Of a DNA stretch of 64,000 nt, positions 60,174 through 64,000 are shown piece after piece. The translations under genes and the position numbers were made by a program. The notes under the pieces were generated by a model that searched no databases, was not told the origin of the DNA, and was given only the letters and a program-made list of their open reading frames with translations. How positions within the stretch are numbered: position 1 is the first letter of the stretch; every line of letters starts with the position of its first letter. Location: positions 103,216-167,215 of the forward strand of contig JAVKIP010000005.1 in the NCBI GenBank assembly GCA_031459385.1. The letters are read 5' to 3'. The stretch comes from Candidatus Fervidifonticultor secundus (lineage in GTDB: Bacteria > Sysuimicrobiota > Sysuimicrobiia > Sysuimicrobiales > Humicultoraceae).

Positions 60174-60341
60174 GGACGCTCCCGATAACCCTACACGGCG
60201 GGGACCTTGGGGGTTCGTTCCACGCCGCGGCGGCGCGCCCCTGCCACCTGGGCGGTCTGCCGCGCGGGCCGCCCCGGCGGGACCATTAGCGGGACCATCA
60301 GGAGATCGCGGCCCGGCGTCGAACACCAAGAGCCCGGGCCG

Positions 60342-61745
60342 ATGCGCGCCATGGGCATCACTGTCAACCTGAGCCTCATCGCCGTGCTGGTCGTCCTCGG
60401 CGCGGCTGCGCCTGCGGCCACCAGAATGCCGCCCGAGGCCGGCGTGGACGTCCTGGTCGTGGGTGGGACGCCTGGCGGTGTGACCGCGGCGGTGGGCGCC
60501 GCGCGCGCCGGCGCGTCGGTGCTGCTCGTGGAGCCCGGCGTCCGCCTGGGCGGCATCCTCTCGAATGCCTGGCTCACGACCTTCGACCTCAACCTGGGGC
60601 CGGACGGCGAACCGCTGACGCGGGGCGTCTTCCTGGAGGTGTTCCGCGAACTCGGGATCTCGTTCGACCCCGACGACGCCGCCCGCGCGCTCGGGCGCCT
60701 GATCGTGCGGGAGCCGGGCGTGCGCGCCGCCCTCGAGACGTCGGTCGCGCGGGTCCACGTGGCGGGCGGCCGGATCACCGGGGTGGAGGTGGTCGACCGC
60801 TCGTGGCGCCGGGTCACGCGCGTTCGCCCGCGCCAGGTGGTCGATGCCACGGACGACGGCGACATCGCGGCCGCCGCGGGGGTGCCCCACGAGGTGGGGC
60901 GTGCCGGCTACCAGGGCGGAGAACGCTGGATGCAGGCCGCGACGCTGATCTTCCGCATGGGCGGGGTAGACTGGGAACGACTGGTGGCGGACATCAGTGC
61001 CCGCGCGGAGGACGCTGACGCCATTACCTGGGGCGTCAGCGGCAACACCGCCTGGGGCTATCCGGACGTCGCGCAGGACTACCGGCCCGGCCATCCGCGG
61101 GTCGTGCTGTACCCGCTCAACCTGGCCCGGCAACGCGATGGCACGGTGCTGATCAACGCGCTGAACATCACCGAGGTCGACGGGCTCGATCGCGCGTCCG
61201 TGGCCGAGGGGCTGCGGATCGCGCGGAACGAACTCCCGCGCCTGGCGGGCCACCTGCGCGCGACCGTCCCCGGGTTCGAGGGCTCGAACCTGGTGGATCA
61301 CGCCCCGGCGCTCTACGTCCGCGAGACACGGCACGTCGCCGGGCTCTACACGCTGACCGTGGACGACATCCGCACTGGACGCGTCTTCGACGACCGGATC
61401 GCCGTCGCATCCTATCCCGTGGACCTGCACCCCTATCACGCGAACTGGCGCAACCCGTTCCTGCCGGTCGCGCGGGTCTACACGATCCCCTTCCGGGCCA
61501 TCGTCCCCGTGGGCATCGACAACCTGCTGATGGCGTCGCGGGCGTTCTCGGCCACCAGTGAAGCCCACGGGTCGGCGCGCGTCGTGCCGACGGTGATGGC
61601 CCTGGGGCAGGCGGCCGGCGTGGCCGCAGCGCTCTGCGCGCGGCGCGGCTGCACGCCCCCTGCGGCGGCCGCATCGCCGGCGCTGGTGCGGGAGCTGCAG
61701 CTGGCGCTGGCCGCGCAGGGCGCCTACCTGGCGGGACAACCGTAA
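60342..61745 (+). CDS. FAD-dependent oxidoreductase (FAD_oxidored family) with N-terminal signal-like segment
   Basis: VVGGTPGGVTAA, VDATDDGD, YVRETR, YPVDLH, RV.PT.MALGQAAG. Confidence 0.88.
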   Translation: MRAMGITVNLSLIAVLVVLGAAAPAATRMPPEAGVDVLVVGGTPGGVTAAVGAARAGASVLLVEPGVRLGGILSNAWLTTFDLNLGPDGEPLTRGVFLEVFRELGISFDPDDAARALGRLIVREPGVRAALETSVARVHVAGGRITGVEVVDRSWRRVTRVRPRQVVDATDDGDIAAAAGVPHEVGRAGYQGGERWMQAATLIFRMGGVDWERLVADISARAEDADAITWGVSGNTAWGYPDVAQDYRPGHPRVVLYPLNLARQRDGTVLINALNITEVDGLDRASVAEGLRIARNELPRLAGHLRATVPGFEGSNLVDHAPALYVRETRHVAGLYTLTVDDIRTGRVFDDRIAVASYPVDLHPYHANWRNPFLPVARVYTIPFRAIVPVGIDNLLMASRAFSATSEAHGSARVVPTVMALGQAAGVAAALCARRGCTPPAAAASPALVRELQLALAAQGAYLAGQP

Positions 61746-61772
61746 CGACGAGCCGCGGCCGCGCGGCCGGGC

Positions 61773-62927
61773 TCAGTCGAGCAGCGTCCCAGCCCAGGCG
61801 CGCTGATAGAGGCAAAGCAGCGCGTCGCGCTCCAGCGGCCGCGGATTGTTCGGCCGCGGATACCGCGCCAGGCACTCGTCCACCATAGCCGGCAGGTCCG
61901 CCGCGCTCGCGCCCACGTCGCGCCATGCGGTCGGAATGCCCACCTCCTCTGCGAGGCGGAGGACGTCGTGGAGCACCGCCTCGGGCGCGTCGGGCACGCC
62001 CAGGGCGCGGCCAACGTCATGCAGGGGCCCGGTGGCGGAGGTGGCGTTGTAGGCGATGCACGCCGGCAACGCCAGGGCACACGAGAGCCCGTGGGCCAGG
62101 TGCAGGCGGTTGGCCAGCGTGTAGGCGATGGAGTGGCCCAGCACCATGCCTGCGTTCAGGCTCAGGCCGCCGAGGAACGCGCCCACCAGCATCTGCGCAC
62201 GGGCGGTGAGGTCGGTGCCGTCGGCGTAGGCTCTGGGCAGGAACTCGCGGATGAGCTGCATGCCCCGCGCGGCGACGGCGTCGGTCAGCGGCGTGGCGTT
62301 GGTCGACAGCATCGCCTCCAGGCAGTGGCTGAGGGCGTCCATGCCCGTCCACGCCGTGACCGCCGGCGGCAGGCTCACCGTCAGGTCGGGGTCGAGGATC
62401 GCCGCCCGCGCCACCAGCAGCGGGCCGCCGGTGAAGGCCTTGACCCCGCCGCGGGTGATGACGGCGTTCCGGCTGGCCTCGGCGCCGGTGCCGGCGGTGG
62501 TGGGAATGAGCACCAGGGGCACCGGCGGGGCGCTGAAGGCACGGCCGCTGAAGTACTCGACCATCGCCCCGGGGTTTGTGGGTGCCACGGCCGCCAGTTT
62601 GGCCATGTCCAGGGCGCTACCGCCGCCGATGCCGACCACGGCCGCCGGCCGGACCTGCCGCGCGCGGACCGCCACGGCCTCGGCGATGTCGTCAGTGGGC
62701 TCGCCGGTGATCTCGCTGAAGACGCTGCCTTCGAAGCCCGCTGCCGTCAGCAGGTCCATCACGCGGGTCGCTAGGCCCAGCCGGGCCAGCGTCGCGTCGG
62801 TGACGATCAGGGCGCGCCCGGGCGCGACGTCCAGGCCGCGCAGGACGCCGGCCAGATGCTCGAGCGCCCCCTGGCCCATCGTGACCGACGACGGGCCGTA
62901 GAGCGGCTGCGGGCGCAGGGCGGCCAC
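61773..62927 (-). CDS. Iron-containing alcohol dehydrogenase
   Basis: GGGSALD, PTTAGTGAE, DALSH, GH, HG metal ligands; GTG at 62927. Confidence 0.92.
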   Translation of the reverse strand: MAALRPQPLYGPSSVTMGQGALEHLAGVLRGLDVAPGRALIVTDATLARLGLATRVMDLLTAAGFEGSVFSEITGEPTDDIAEAVAVRARQVRPAAVVGIGGGSALDMAKLAAVAPTNPGAMVEYFSGRAFSAPPVPLVLIPTTAGTGAEASRNAVITRGGVKAFTGGPLLVARAAILDPDLTVSLPPAVTAWTGMDALSHCLEAMLSTNATPLTDAVAARGMQLIREFLPRAYADGTDLTARAQMLVGAFLGGLSLNAGMVLGHSIAYTLANRLHLAHGLSCALALPACIAYNATSATGPLHDVGRALGVPDAPEAVLHDVLRLAEEVGIPTAWRDVGASAADLPAMVDECLARYPRPNNPRPLERDALLCLYQRAWAGTLLD

Positions 62928-62931
62928 GGCC

Positions 62932-63042
62932 CTAGTCCCCGCAGGTGCCGATGACCCGCCGGCACCTGCGGCAGAGCAGCTTGCATGATCCGACGAACTC
63001 GGCGCCGTGTCCGCAGAACGGGCAGCGAGGCGGCTCGGACAT
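62932..63042 (-). CDS. CPxCG-type zinc-finger microprotein (36 aa)
   Basis: MSEPPRCPFCGHGAEFVGSCKLLCRRCRRVIGTCGD; GGTGGGG RBS-like sequence; stop 4 nt before the ADH start. Confidence 0.7.
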   Translation of the reverse strand: MSEPPRCPFCGHGAEFVGSCKLLCRRCRRVIGTCGD

Positions 63043-63139
63043 CGCCCCACCGGTTCGCCGGCGGGCGCACGTCCCCTGCCGGTGCCGGCACGTGCCCGCC
63101 GGGAACCCATAGACCGGGGAGACTGGCGGCCGAGCCCGG

Positions 63140-63243
63140 GCCGCGGCGGTAACCGCAGGCACGGGCCTCCTCGACCGTGAGCCCCACGCTGGCCACCTCG
63201 GGGTCGGTGAACACCGCACCGGGGATCCGGCCACGGGTCCCGG
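63140..63243 (-). pseudogene. Fragment of a second pyridine nucleotide-disulfide oxidoreductase
   Basis: GRIPGAVFTDPEVASVGLTVEEARACGY (start of the dimerisation domain) with no start or remainder. Confidence 0.65.
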
Positions 63244-63245
63244 TC

Positions 63246-64000
63246 TCAGTTCACACAGCAGCTCATCCGCGAGATGTCCCGTCGGAAGGCCTGCGCGGCC
63301 AGCTTGATGCCCTCGCTCAACGTGGGGAAGACGTGCACGGTGTCGATGAGGTCGTCGACGGTGGGGCCGAACTTCACCGCCAGTGTCGCTTCGTGGATCA
63401 GGTCGGCGGCCAGCGGCGCCACCATATGCACGCCCAGGACCCGGGCGGTCTCGGGGTGCACCACCATCTTGACGAGCCCTCGGGTCTCCTTGATGGCCTT
63501 CGCCTTGGGCACCTGCTCGACGCACACCGTCCGGCAGGCGCAGAAGTGGAAGCGTTCCATGACCTGCTCCTCGGTGAGCCCCACGCTGGCCACCTGCGGG
63601 TTCGTGAACACGGCGTGGGGCACGTGTTCGTAGACGACGGTGTCCTGACTGCCGGTAAGCGCGTTGCCGGCTGCGAGGTAGCCCTCCTTGGCGGCCACGG
63701 TTTCCAGCTGCATGTTGCCCACCACGTCGCCGGCGGCAAAGATCTGGGCGAACTCCAGGCCCAGGGGGCCACCCCCTATGACCAGCAGGGCGCGGGGCAG
63801 GGCCTGGAGGCGCAGCGCCGTCCGGTTGTCGAGCCAGGCCACCGCGTCGAGGCCCGGGATCGGCAGGCGCCTGGTCCGCGAGCCCGTGGCCAGCACCATG
63901 CGCTGCCCCCGCACCACCGTCCCGTCCACCTCCACCTCGGTCGGTGAGCGCAGCGTGGCGCGCCCCTCGATGTACCGGACGCCCGGCAGGCCGTCCAGCA
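63246..64000 (-). pseudogene. merA: Mercuric reductase-like gene, 5' partial, with large in-frame internal deletion
   Basis: [17 protein letters not shown] fused directly to [26 protein letters not shown]-terminal MSCC. Confidence 0.8.

Overview
High-GC bacterial chromosomal window, mostly core energy and central metabolism. The gene set (secG, rapZ-yvcK, DUF881/sbp, c-di-AMP riboswitch, Thermus-like V/A-ATPase) suggests a Terrabacteria-group organism; this is inference and the taxon was not determined. Left to right: (i) an accessory-looking segment at the 3' end of tRNA-Leu(GAG), with a shattered SARP/BTAD regulator remnant, an intact SARP-type direct-repeat promoter, a 60-aa orphan and a secreted tandem rhodanese; (ii) secG-tpiA-pgk-gap, sbp/DUF881, a complete V/A-type ATP synthase operon, and a complex I cluster with only membrane subunits (nuoA-H-J-K-L-M-N; no B/C/D/E/F/G/I), followed by yvcK-rapZ with no whiA; (iii) a divergent TCA cluster (icd-mdh-fmdB-sucC-phosphodiesterase-sucD-puuD / sdhCD-fumC-frdABCD-orf-sdhAB) in which an E. 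coli-type fumarate reductase sits inside a split sdh operon; (iv) ArsR/HTH/MFS, two S9 peptidases, a c-di-AMP (ydaO) riboswitch controlling an otsAB fusion and a D-threonine-aldolase-like gene, a Cwh43/PGAP2IP-like membrane EEP protein, pduO, an orphan ccmH, a degenerate PrsW-like protein, a Zn-finger microprotein and an internally deleted merA. All calls come from reading the sequence and recognising motifs; no database searches were run.
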